A DNA stretch of 64,000 nt, taken from NCBI GenBank assembly GCA_044350895.1, contig JBILGT010000001.1, positions 41,874 to 105,873 of the forward strand, given 5' to 3'. Source of the DNA: Limisphaerales bacterium (lineage in GTDB: Bacteria; Patescibacteriota; Microgenomatia; UBA1400; PJMF01). The position numbers were made by a program, and so were the translations under genes. Shown piece after piece: positions 17,621 through 26,433 of the stretch. How positions within the stretch are numbered: position 1 is the first letter of the stretch; the number at the start of each line of letters is the position of its first letter. The notes below the pieces were generated by a model, which did no database searches, was not told the origin of the DNA, and worked only from the letters and a program-made list of their open reading frames with translations.

Positions 17621-18079
17621 TTATGAGAGTGTTTTTGCTAATTGCGCTGCCCATTGTTTTATTTTAACCGTATTTTCCTGTTCGTATATATAAAATTGAT
17701 CTAACTTGAGAGATTCAGTCACCAGTTCTCCTTGTAACTTTGCAACCATTTCTTCAATATGACCAACTGCGCCACAGAAATAGGTGTAGTTCATATCACC
17801 AAGACCCATTATTGCAAATTTTTTGCCAGGGAAGGTGTCTGCGCCGATGTTTTTACTAAATGTTTCATAGTCTTCGTGTGGCATACCTTGCTGTCCACTG
17901 TAATCCCAACTTGGCGAAGCAAGAATTACAAGATCTGCATTTTTAATGTTGTCTGATTTGACGTCTCGAGCAAGCATGATTTCTGTGGAATGTCCACGTT
18001 GTTGTAGTTCTTCTGCCAAAGTATGAACGGCAGTGAAGGTGCTATTTGAATATGTCGCGTACGCGAGGAAGATGTTCAT
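17621..18079 (-). CDS. Flavodoxin (short chain)
   Basis: YATYSNST, LASPSW..G.P, FAIMGLGDMNYTYFCGAV. Confidence 0.9.
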   Translation of the reverse strand: MNIFLAYATYSNSTFTAVHTLAEELQQRGHSTEIMLARDVKSDNIKNADLVILASPSWDYSGQQGMPHEDYETFSKNIGADTFPGKKFAIMGLGDMNYTYFCGAVGHIEEMVAKLQGELVTESLKLDQFYIYEQENTVKIKQWAAQLAKTLS

Positions 18080-18114
18080 AGTGATCCATTATACGCCAAA
18101 ATAAGATCAGTTGG

Positions 18115-18789
18115 CTAGTTTTGCTTCAGGTTCTTGATTGCCTCATGCAGATAGGCAGGAGAACCATGACCTGCCAACACGAGTGTGTCAGGCGGAAGCT
18201 TTTGCAGTTTGGCTAATGATGCATGGAGTTGCATGATGTCTGAGTAGCGAAAATCAGTGCGAGTCATTCCTTCTTTGAAAATAGTATCTCCCGTGAAGAG
18301 TACACGCTGGCCAGGATATGAGCCATCATTACCTGATATTTTTGCTGCAGGTGCATTGTAGAGACAGATACTGCCCGGTGTATGCCCAGGAGTTTCTATA
18401 ACAGTTAGTGAACACTCTCCAAAAGATATTTTTTCTTTTGAAAAAAGTTCAGTTTGTGGGACGGGAACAGGATCTACCGTGTGCCTCAGCCAGTGCTCTG
18501 CACTTTGGCGAGCATTCTCAATAAGTGATCGATCTGCAGGATGTAAGTACACTGGTACTTCAAAATTCATCATCAATTCAAGCAGCCCCAAACAATGATC
18601 AAAGTGCCCATGTGTTAACACAATCCCCTCAAGATTGAGTTGTAACTCAAGTAAATGTTCGCTTATCATGTCGCCACTATCTGCTGGGTCGATGACAAGT
18701 GCTCTACGAGTTTTAGTACACCAGACGATATAGCAGTTGGTCTGTAACTCGCCAAGATTTAGAACTGTGTAGTCAATCAATGCGTGCAT
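18115..18789 (-). CDS. Metallo-beta-lactamase fold hydrolase (glyoxalase II-like)
   Basis: THGHFDH, TPGHTPG, FTGDT, GHG. Confidence 0.92.
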   Translation of the reverse strand: MHALIDYTVLNLGELQTNCYIVWCTKTRRALVIDPADSGDMISEHLLELQLNLEGIVLTHGHFDHCLGLLELMMNFEVPVYLHPADRSLIENARQSAEHWLRHTVDPVPVPQTELFSKEKISFGECSLTVIETPGHTPGSICLYNAPAAKISGNDGSYPGQRVLFTGDTIFKEGMTRTDFRYSDIMQLHASLAKLQKLPPDTLVLAGHGSPAYLHEAIKNLKQN

Positions 18790-18792
18790 ACT

Positions 18793-19461
18793 TTACAAGA
18801 GTGAGACTATAAATTGAGTTAGTGAAAGGTAGACACTCACCACAACATCAATAATTGGTGTAATCAAGAAAGAAACAGGTGATCGTCCACCACTGAGCGG
18901 TAGAATTAAAGCAATTAAAATAAAGGTCCCATATCGAGACATCATACTTTCATACTCATAGGCCATTCTTCGTGGCAGAAGAGCAACGAGGATTTTCCCT
19001 CCGTCCAGCGGGTGAACGGGGACAAGATTGAAAATGGCGAGCATACAGTTGTAGAAAATACCAAAGCTCAAAATTACTTGCGCCCATTCCATTGGTATAT
19101 GGAGAAAAACAGTCAAAACTGGTATCACAATGGCCAGCAAAAGTGCGAGCAGCAGATTGGAAACAGGACCAGCAAGCGCAATCAGTGCTGCTTCTTTAAC
19201 AGGATCTTTCAGATTGTGCGGGTCAAACATAACTGGTTTGCCCCAGCCAAATCCAGCAAAAAAGAGTAGTGCGGTGCCAAGCAGATCTAGATGCGCGAGT
19301 GGATTGAGGGTTACACGGCCTTGATATCGAGGTGTCGGATCACCAAGATGATCTGCTGCCCAGGCATGAGCAAACTCATGAACAGTAATGGCAACCACAA
19401 GTATAAGTGCTACGATCACAAAGAGAACTGGCTGTGCAAAAAGTAAACTAATCAAACCCAT
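18793..19461 (-). CDS. Site-2 protease (peptidase M50)
   Basis: HEFAH, GDPTP..GRVTLNPLAH, FNLVPVHPLDGG. Start moved to ATG 19461, 6 nt after TGgTATAAT. Confidence 0.92.
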   Translation of the reverse strand: MGLISLLFAQPVLFVIVALILVVAITVHEFAHAWAADHLGDPTPRYQGRVTLNPLAHLDLLGTALLFFAGFGWGKPVMFDPHNLKDPVKEAALIALAGPVSNLLLALLLAIVIPVLTVFLHIPMEWAQVILSFGIFYNCMLAIFNLVPVHPLDGGKILVALLPRRMAYEYESMMSRYGTFILIALILPLSGGRSPVSFLITPIIDVVVSVYLSLTQFIVSLL

Positions 19462-19543
19462 TACTTCATTATACCAAAGAAACCTCAGTAGACCAGTTGC
19501 GCCCCTTTGCTTGGGATTCTTGTCATGATATAATCCCAAAGTT

Positions 19544-19759
19544 ATGTCAAGTTACGCTTTTAAATATTCATCCAAAGCCAGCACCGGAAACAAAGTTTCT
19601 CACGCTAAAAATCGTAGTAAACGCGCTTTTCGCTATAATCTTCATACAGTCACTGTTGTGATTGATGGAGCAAAGCAACGCATGAAAGTACCAGCACGTG
19701 TACTCAAAATGCTCAAGAAAAGTGGAGTCACTACTCACTTCAAAAAAACTGCTGCTTAA
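19544..19759 (+). CDS. rpmB: 50S ribosomal protein L28 (Cys-less type)
   Basis: GNKVSHAKNRSKRAFRYNLH..MKVPARVLK. Confidence 0.92.
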   Translation: MSSYAFKYSSKASTGNKVSHAKNRSKRAFRYNLHTVTVVIDGAKQRMKVPARVLKMLKKSGVTTHFKKTAA

Positions 19760-20721
19760 TTTTCCAGAGAATTTTTGATTTCGTTCCAAGAAGCTGGCGT
19801 TTTTCCTTCTATTTGTGCTTGTGTAATAACAAGCTGATTATTTTCCACTTCTGTTTGCAAGATTTTCATTCTTTTTTCACCTTTTGTAGTGGGAACTAAT
19901 GTCCACAAACCAGGCCATGGCTGAAAAGCGTAGGTGGCGTGGTGAATCAACTGAGCAAGTGAACCATGCTGCTGTAGAGCTGCGGCGAGGACAGTCGAAA
20001 GAGCTGGTTTGTCATTATTTTTCGCAATATAAGTGTCTGTGCTTTGTGCGAGTTTGAGAACTTCCCAAGGTATAAAACTATCTTCCTTTTTGAATCTTCC
20101 TGCAATTGGGGTGGGAGAGTGTTCTGGTTGGGGTGTTGCCACCCTATGTTCAGCAAAATCTACTAAGATTGTGGGCAGCTGTGTTGAAACAAGTGAAAAA
20201 GCATGGTTGTAGTACTCAGTTTGTGTCCAGTTTTCTTCAGTCACAAACGGAAGCTGGGCAATGATGTCACCTTGATCAAGTTTTTCTGTAACGGTAATAA
20301 CACTGACAGCGGTCTCACGTTCACCGTAGAGAAGACAAAATTGACCAGGCGAGCTTCCACGCCAGCGAGGAAGCAGTGACGGGTGAATGTTGACGGGTTT
20401 GATATTTGGCCATTCCAGAAGCCAGTTCGGCACCATGTAGCCAAAATCAACGACAAGTAAAAAATCTGGTTTCTCGATTTTTTGCAGTTCAGCTTGCATC
20501 AAATCGTCAATTTTTTGTGAAATCAAAACACTGGGAATATTATTTTTCTGGGCAAAAGTATGAAGCGGGTTTGGTGTGACAATCTGTTCACGACCTATTG
20601 GTTTGGGTATTGGTGTGAGAACGCCCGTAATAACACACTCTGAACTCTCAAAAAGTGATTGTGCACACATGCGAGTGTGGTGTGTTGAGCCTGCAATAAC
20701 AACTGAAAAAGGTTTCGGCAT
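19756..20721 (-). CDS. fmt: Methionyl-tRNA formyltransferase
   Basis: VVDFG, NIHPSLLPRWRGSSP, LDQGDII, AFQPWPG. Confidence 0.93.
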   Translation of the reverse strand: MPKPFSVVIAGSTHHTRMCAQSLFESSECVITGVLTPIPKPIGREQIVTPNPLHTFAQKNNIPSVLISQKIDDLMQAELQKIEKPDFLLVVDFGYMVPNWLLEWPNIKPVNIHPSLLPRWRGSSPGQFCLLYGERETAVSVITVTEKLDQGDIIAQLPFVTEENWTQTEYYNHAFSLVSTQLPTILVDFAEHRVATPQPEHSPTPIAGRFKKEDSFIPWEVLKLAQSTDTYIAKNNDKPALSTVLAAALQQHGSLAQLIHHATYAFQPWPGLWTLVPTTKGEKRMKILQTEVENNQLVITQAQIEGKTPASWNEIKNSLEN

Positions 20722-20724
20722 AGT

Positions 20725-21285
20725 TTAGACAAACTGTAACAGTGATTTATCAATTTCTTCCATTTTTTTTCGATCAGGATTTTCTTTGAAAATCGGTAAG
20801 TCAAGCTCAAGAGAGTAGTCAGTAAATAAAACTCCTTCTAAGTGATCAAACTCATGTTGGACTACGCGAGCCGCAAAGTCTTCAAAGTCATCTTGTTCCG
20901 TCACAAATTTGTCGCCCTTAATAACCTGATACTCAAGCGTTAACCATTCCCATCGGGGAACAGGCCCATAAATACCAGGAATTGAAAGACAACCTTCAAG
21001 ATAAGGGTCTTTTTCATCTGGACCAAAGGTTTTTTCTTTACTGTGTTCCACGATGACTGGGTTGATGAAAGAACGCAAATCACGATTGTGTTCGTCAAGA
21101 TTGATAGTGAAAATTCGTTTTGATCTGTCTACTTGTGGTGCAGCAAGCCCAACACCTTTAGGTTTGGTTGTTTCGACCAGTGTCTGCTCTAGATCACCGA
21201 TGAAATCAATCAATTTCTTATCGAGCGTTGTGACAGCTGTAGCAACTTGTCGTAATGTGTCGTGAGGGATGGTAATTATTTTCAT
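20725..21285 (-). CDS. def: Peptide deformylase
   Basis: GVGLAAPQ, EGCLS, QHEFDHLEG. Confidence 0.97.
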   Translation of the reverse strand: MKIITIPHDTLRQVATAVTTLDKKLIDFIGDLEQTLVETTKPKGVGLAAPQVDRSKRIFTINLDEHNRDLRSFINPVIVEHSKEKTFGPDEKDPYLEGCLSIPGIYGPVPRWEWLTLEYQVIKGDKFVTEQDDFEDFAARVVQHEFDHLEGVLFTDYSLELDLPIFKENPDRKKMEEIDKSLLQFV

Positions 21286-23423
21286 TTTTTTTGTGCTGAC
21301 AGTGAGGCTAATTTATCCTGTGCCAACTTATTGTTTGGATTAATATTTTGCAGCATATAGGTCAGCTGTGTAATTGCGTCCTGAGTTTTGCCTTGTTTTT
21401 CATATTCTTGTGCCAGTTGCCACCGTGCACTTTCATAATTTGGTTTGAGTGCAATTGTTTCTTGGAGACGTTGCACTCCTTCAGATGGATTATTCATCCA
21501 GAATTCGATAAGCCCCAGATTATACAGCAACTTTGCATCAGTAGGCGCAAGTGTGAGGGCTTGCTGTAGAATACTTTTGGCTTCAGGAAGTAGCCTCGAG
21601 TCTATCTGGGCGAGGTTAATTAGAATCCGGGCTCTTGTTTTATAAAAGTTAATTTGTCTTGGGTTGAGATTGAGAACGACATCACTTGCCTCAAGTGCAC
21701 GGCGGGTTAATTCTGCAGCCTGTGTAGCTTGGCCAGCATTTGCAAAATGCATTGCATAGACTGCATATTGATCGGCCAATGTATCATAAAATATTGCTTC
21801 TTCAGGGCTTTTGCTTATAGCAACGGAAAGTTCTTCGAGACCTAACTCTAATTCTCCCTGTTCAAGCAGTGCTCTACCTCGAGTATATGACATATCCGCT
21901 GTCCAGTATGTATAGGTTCTGTATATTCCAAACAAACTTACTAAACTGATAACAACAATCGTCATATGTTGCCAACTTGCTAACTGATGGGGGGCTGAAG
22001 TTGCAGGAAGTAGTGGCGCTTCAAAAATTTCTGAAAGAGCGAAATACAAGAACATGATAATCGCAACCATAACTGTTGAAAAACCAAAAAAGTTGGAGAT
22101 GCTGAGCGCAATAACACCCGCAATTAAACTACTGTAAAAAAGTGCCCGCTGGTGTTTATCAAGTTCAATTGCGCGCTTAATTCGTCTGCCCGTGAAGCCA
22201 AGAAATGTTGCCAAAAGAAGACAGTATGAACCAAGCCCAAATATTCCTGTTGTAGCCAAAAAATTCAAAAATTCATTGTGGGCTTTGTTGTAGAGAAAAT
22301 CCCACTCTGACACCAGGTTATGTTCCTGAGGTCGGTCCTGATAGTAACTATAGCCAAATGTTTCAACACCAGATCCCAAATACGGATAGCGTTTCCAAAC
22401 TTGAAAAGCACCTTCCCAAACAATCTTACGAATATCTCCTGAGTCGGTTCCTCCAATATCAAGGCGATTAACTGGGGCAGAAACGGGGACAGCAACTGGT
22501 TGGGTTTCTGCAGATCTCCGTTGTAAAACACTGCCAATAGATGGCGTAAATGGTGTCTCAAAAAGCAGTCCAATACTCAGAAATACTGCTGCAAAAGTCC
22601 AGGCCACCCAGGAACGACTGTAGCTCTTGAGTGACTTGAAGTTATCCTTTCTCCAAGATATATAGAGAAAAAGTAGTCCAAAGACCAAAAGTCCAACTCC
22701 AAGACCTAAAATTCCAGACCGAGAGCGAGTAAAGATGAGCGCCATGAACAGTAACGAAGTAGATATAATTCCCAGCCACTTTGAGCTTTTTTTGCTAGCA
22801 GCATACGAAAGGAAGAAGCCAAGCGGAATCAGAGCTATGAGGTAGGCTGCAAGCCAGTTAGGTTGACCAAAGGTGGCAAATACACGGTTTTTTACATCTT
22901 GAATCCAGCAACTTGTATCAAATGACTGACCTTGTGTTGCCAATAAACAGCTGGTGGAATGACCAAAGTGCTCAAGTATTGCATACAAACTTACAATAGT
23001 TGCTGATCCAAACAATGTCAGGAAAAAGCCTTTTAGCTGCTTGAGTTCTATATTGCTGACAAATGCATAGTAGAGTGCCACGTAACTAAATGTTGAAAGT
23101 AATCCACCATGGAACCGAGTGTAGTAACCAAGGAGAGAAGTATATGGGTGTATCGAAAAAAGTGTCGAAAGTAGTTGAGATAAAACAAATAAGAGGATTG
23201 GGATATCAAGTTTTGTAGGTCTAAAAATGAAACTTTTATGTGTGACCATTCTAACAGCCCATAAAGAAACGATTATAATCGTCAAAAAGTAGGTTAAGAT
23301 CATTTTGTTGAACTCAAACAACTCTTCAGTATTGAGAGTAAAAAAGAGTGGGACCGTTAAAACTAGGATGTTGAAGAACCCAGTAATGGCTAGCTGAAGA
23401 TAGTCAGTTTTGTGGCTCTGCAT
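21282..23423 (-). CDS. O-antigen ligase/oligosaccharyltransferase (Wzy_C) family protein with C-terminal TPRs
   Basis: Multi-TM; RVFATFGQPN, TRSRSG, R..VW..G.G, AHNEFL; TPR tail. Confidence 0.88.
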   Translation of the reverse strand: MQSHKTDYLQLAITGFFNILVLTVPLFFTLNTEELFEFNKMILTYFLTIIIVSLWAVRMVTHKSFIFRPTKLDIPILLFVLSQLLSTLFSIHPYTSLLGYYTRFHGGLLSTFSYVALYYAFVSNIELKQLKGFFLTLFGSATIVSLYAILEHFGHSTSCLLATQGQSFDTSCWIQDVKNRVFATFGQPNWLAAYLIALIPLGFFLSYAASKKSSKWLGIISTSLLFMALIFTRSRSGILGLGVGLLVFGLLFLYISWRKDNFKSLKSYSRSWVAWTFAAVFLSIGLLFETPFTPSIGSVLQRRSAETQPVAVPVSAPVNRLDIGGTDSGDIRKIVWEGAFQVWKRYPYLGSGVETFGYSYYQDRPQEHNLVSEWDFLYNKAHNEFLNFLATTGIFGLGSYCLLLATFLGFTGRRIKRAIELDKHQRALFYSSLIAGVIALSISNFFGFSTVMVAIIMFLYFALSEIFEAPLLPATSAPHQLASWQHMTIVVISLVSLFGIYRTYTYWTADMSYTRGRALLEQGELELGLEELSVAISKSPEEAIFYDTLADQYAVYAMHFANAGQATQAAELTRRALEASDVVLNLNPRQINFYKTRARILINLAQIDSRLLPEAKSILQQALTLAPTDAKLLYNLGLIEFWMNNPSEGVQRLQETIALKPNYESARWQLAQEYEKQGKTQDAITQLTYMLQNINPNNKLAQDKLASLSAQKK

Positions 23424-23507
23424 TGTTTGGGTTTTTTATGTATTCACAGCGATTAACTGCATTTGTTATAGTTCTATTGTTGCGTAATTTATTGTACACT
23501 TACACTT

Positions 23508-24161
23508 ATGGATAATGTCACTGCCCATTCTACTACAAATCCTAGTTCTGCAAATGCTGCATCTTACGTAGATGCCTATGTCCCGCCAACTGCTCAAGAT
23601 CCTGCAAATCCCGTCACTATTACGTCACCAGTTTCAACTGCGCCTATGACACCACAAACACCAACCCCAGATACAGTCCCGGCTGCTGCAGCTTCTACTA
23701 CACCTCCAGCAAAAACAGGTGCACAGTCCGAGGAATTGGAAGATCAAAATATTTTTTATATGTTGGGAGTCCTTGATGGTACCCCCGAACAACGCGAATC
23801 ATTTCTTGACGAGTTACAACAAGTTATCTGGGAAGATTTTCTTGAGTATGACGTTAAGCTCTTAATCACCAAAGAAGAGCAAGGCCAACTTGACACCATT
23901 TTGTCTAGTAATCCTGGCAATGAACTAGAGAAGCAAGAAAAAATTGTTGTGTTTTTGGAGAAATTAATTCCTGATCTCGAAGAGATTATGCTTGAAAAAG
24001 CTTTAGAGCTCAAAGAAGAGATGATTCGTGAGCGAGTCAAAGGAATGAAAGAGTACTACAAAGAAAAACCTGAGTCTCTGGCCCAGATCACCAAAGCTGA
24101 AGAAATGATGAATGTTGGCAAATGGTATACAGCTGCTACACTACTCAATAGTATCCGCTAA
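23508..24161 (+). CDS. Hypothetical protein (Pro/Thr-rich N-terminus plus acidic helical domain)
   Basis: 217 aa; TACACT 7 nt upstream of the ATG. Confidence 0.75.
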   Translation: MDNVTAHSTTNPSSANAASYVDAYVPPTAQDPANPVTITSPVSTAPMTPQTPTPDTVPAAAASTTPPAKTGAQSEELEDQNIFYMLGVLDGTPEQRESFLDELQQVIWEDFLEYDVKLLITKEEQGQLDTILSSNPGNELEKQEKIVVFLEKLIPDLEEIMLEKALELKEEMIRERVKGMKEYYKEKPESLAQITKAEEMMNVGKWYTAATLLNSIR

Positions 24162-24182
24162 GTATTCTGATAAATTGTCATA

Positions 24183-25181
24183 ATGATTCCTGTAAAAAGA
24201 AATAATGCATCGCTTTATTTTGATGTTGGCTCGACGATGGCGCGAGTCATACAAGGTAGTGATGTTTTGTATTGTGAGCCAAGCTGTATTGCTGTCCACA
24301 CCAAAAGTGAACAAGTAGTGGCAGTGGGTGTGAAGGCATACCAGCTGCTGGGCAAAACAACCGAACAAGTTGAACTCATCTTTCCTATTCAATATGGTGT
24401 CGTGGCTAATAGATTTGCCTTCGAACAACTTCTCCAAGCAATTTTAAAAAGTGTCCAACCACACTCTGATTTGTGGAGCTTAATACTCGGTTTACACGGA
24501 GGATATGCGGCATTAAGCACGATATCACCCTCAGAAACGGCAGTACTGCGGCGCAGCTTGAAAGCAGTCGGGTTGGGGCGTGTACAACCTATTAATCAAA
24601 TGGTGGCAGCCGCACTCCACCTTAAATTGCGTGATAGAGTAGGCCAAAGTTACTGCCTCATTGATATTGGTGGCCAGGTCAGTGAAGTGGCAATTGTAAC
24701 TGGAGGAGAAGTAGTAGCAAGCACTCGTCTTAAATGGGGTGGCGTGCAGTGTACTGAGCGCATTCAAGAAGCCATTATGGAAAAACATGAGTGCGCAGTG
24801 AGTTGGCACACCGCAGAAGTGGTGAAGCGCCAGCTGGGTATTGTCAGTGATGATGATTCTTTCACCAAACATAAAGTTTCCATCCGAGGAAAACATCTGT
24901 TATCACAGCTGGGTCAAACTGTTGTGGTGTCCAACCAAGATATTGCTCCAGTGTGTACAGAATTTGCCTATGAACTTTTTAAAGCCATTCAACAGTTATT
25001 TACGCAGGCACCCACAGAAGTAGTGACAAGTTGTCTCGAACAGGGAATTTTCCTAATTGGTGGCGGTTCTTTATTGAAAGGGTTGCCAGAGTTTTTACAA
25101 AAAAATTTACATACTGAAGTCAATGTGAGTCAGGAGCCAGAACTCGTGGTGTCGAGAGGTCTGACTGAAATGGATATATAA
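24183..25181 (+). CDS. mreB: MreB-like actin homologue (divergent)
   Basis: EPSCIAV, PIQYGVV, IDIGG, AEVVKRQLG, IRGK, GIFLIGGGSLLKGL; first gene of the mreC-mreD-PBP2 operon. Confidence 0.8.
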   Translation: MIPVKRNNASLYFDVGSTMARVIQGSDVLYCEPSCIAVHTKSEQVVAVGVKAYQLLGKTTEQVELIFPIQYGVVANRFAFEQLLQAILKSVQPHSDLWSLILGLHGGYAALSTISPSETAVLRRSLKAVGLGRVQPINQMVAAALHLKLRDRVGQSYCLIDIGGQVSEVAIVTGGEVVASTRLKWGGVQCTERIQEAIMEKHECAVSWHTAEVVKRQLGIVSDDDSFTKHKVSIRGKHLLSQLGQTVVVSNQDIAPVCTEFAYELFKAIQQLFTQAPTEVVTSCLEQGIFLIGGGSLLKGLPEFLQKNLHTEVNVSQEPELVVSRGLTEMDI

Positions 25182-25184
25182 CCT

Positions 25185-25970
25185 ATGCAGTTTTTGGGAA
25201 TGCACAAGTTTCATGATCTGGTGAAACAGACTTTAATGTATGCTGTTGTATTTCTGATGATAGTTTTGATCGAGCGTGTGGGTTGGGCAGGTACGTTTCG
25301 CGGTGGCGCCTTGCGCTTGTTTCAACCGTTTGAACTGTTTGGTATGAATGTGCTATATAACCTTGAATTTCCGGTGCGATGGATTGAAGGAAATCGAGTC
25401 AAAGCTGAAGAAGTTCGCACGCTCAAACGTTCATATGCTGAAGCACTTGCAAAACTGAGTGAGTTGGAAACTGTGAAGCGAGAGAATGAAACATTGCGTG
25501 CACTGATTGAAAAAGAGGGAAGCCGAGTTGAAAAAAAACTTCTTGCCGCTCCAATTATTTCATATTCTCTCACGGCAATTGCCAAGGGATCCGATGCGGG
25601 AGTGACTGAAGGTGCACTCGTTTATGTGGGTGATACGTTGGTGGGACGGGTCACACAAGTATCTCAAAGTCAGTCCTTGGTGACATTATTTTCTCATCCT
25701 GAATCTGCGCAGATTCTGGTGCAAACTGAATCTGGAGTGCAGGGGTTGCTTGTGGGAACTGGAAAACAACTTGACGTGACACAGTTACCAACGCAATCCA
25801 CTATTAGTGTGGGTGAGCGTATCACCACTGTCGGCCAACCAGGCATACCGCCAGGACAATTAGTGGGAGTAGTAGCAGCGGTTTCGCAAGGACAAACTGC
25901 CCCGATGCAAACTGCAATTGTCGATGAATTGACTTCATTTTATACGGCGTCATTAGTAGAAATAAAGTAA
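25185..25970 (+). CDS. mreC: Rod shape-determining protein MreC
   Basis: TM, coiled coil ENETLRALI, KGSDAGV..LVGRV..G.PPGQLVG. Confidence 0.9.
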   Translation: MQFLGMHKFHDLVKQTLMYAVVFLMIVLIERVGWAGTFRGGALRLFQPFELFGMNVLYNLEFPVRWIEGNRVKAEEVRTLKRSYAEALAKLSELETVKRENETLRALIEKEGSRVEKKLLAAPIISYSLTAIAKGSDAGVTEGALVYVGDTLVGRVTQVSQSQSLVTLFSHPESAQILVQTESGVQGLLVGTGKQLDVTQLPTQSTISVGERITTVGQPGIPPGQLVGVVAAVSQGQTAPMQTAIVDELTSFYTASLVEIK

Positions 25971-25974
25971 CCAT

Positions 25975-26433
25975 ATGTTGTATTCAGTCCTGAGCACACT
26001 TTTCAAACTGCTACTTGTGGCTGTGGTTCTTGCGATTGAAGTGAGTGTTGCTTTGCCAGTAGTTTCACTTGCAATGCTGTTTCTATTTCTTCGTGATATG
26101 AATCGAGTGGGGCAGATCAGCATGTTAGTGGGAACAGCACTACTGGCAAGTAGTTTTACTGGGCAATCATGGAGTCTTGTATTTGCAATCCTTTCAGTCT
26201 GTTGGCTAGGTGTAGAAGTGGTGCGTGGAGAAGCCGCCAAGGTTCGTAATCGCATTTTGCTGATGAGTTTTGCTGCCACGCTCAGTATTAGTAGTTTTGC
26301 GAATATGCATATTTCACTCAGAACAGTACTGTATACACTGCTATTTGGTGTCATAGCAGTTGTGTGTACACGTACTTTTGCTCACCAGCGGAGTAGATAT
26401 CGGCTGATTGAATGGATTTCGCCAGGAATGTAA
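25975..26433 (+). CDS. MreD-like membrane protein
   Basis: Hydrophobic 152-aa ORF between mreC and PBP2; assigned by position. Confidence 0.6.
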   Translation: MLYSVLSTLFKLLLVAVVLAIEVSVALPVVSLAMLFLFLRDMNRVGQISMLVGTALLASSFTGQSWSLVFAILSVCWLGVEVVRGEAAKVRNRILLMSFAATLSISSFANMHISLRTVLYTLLFGVIAVVCTRTFAHQRSRYRLIEWISPGM

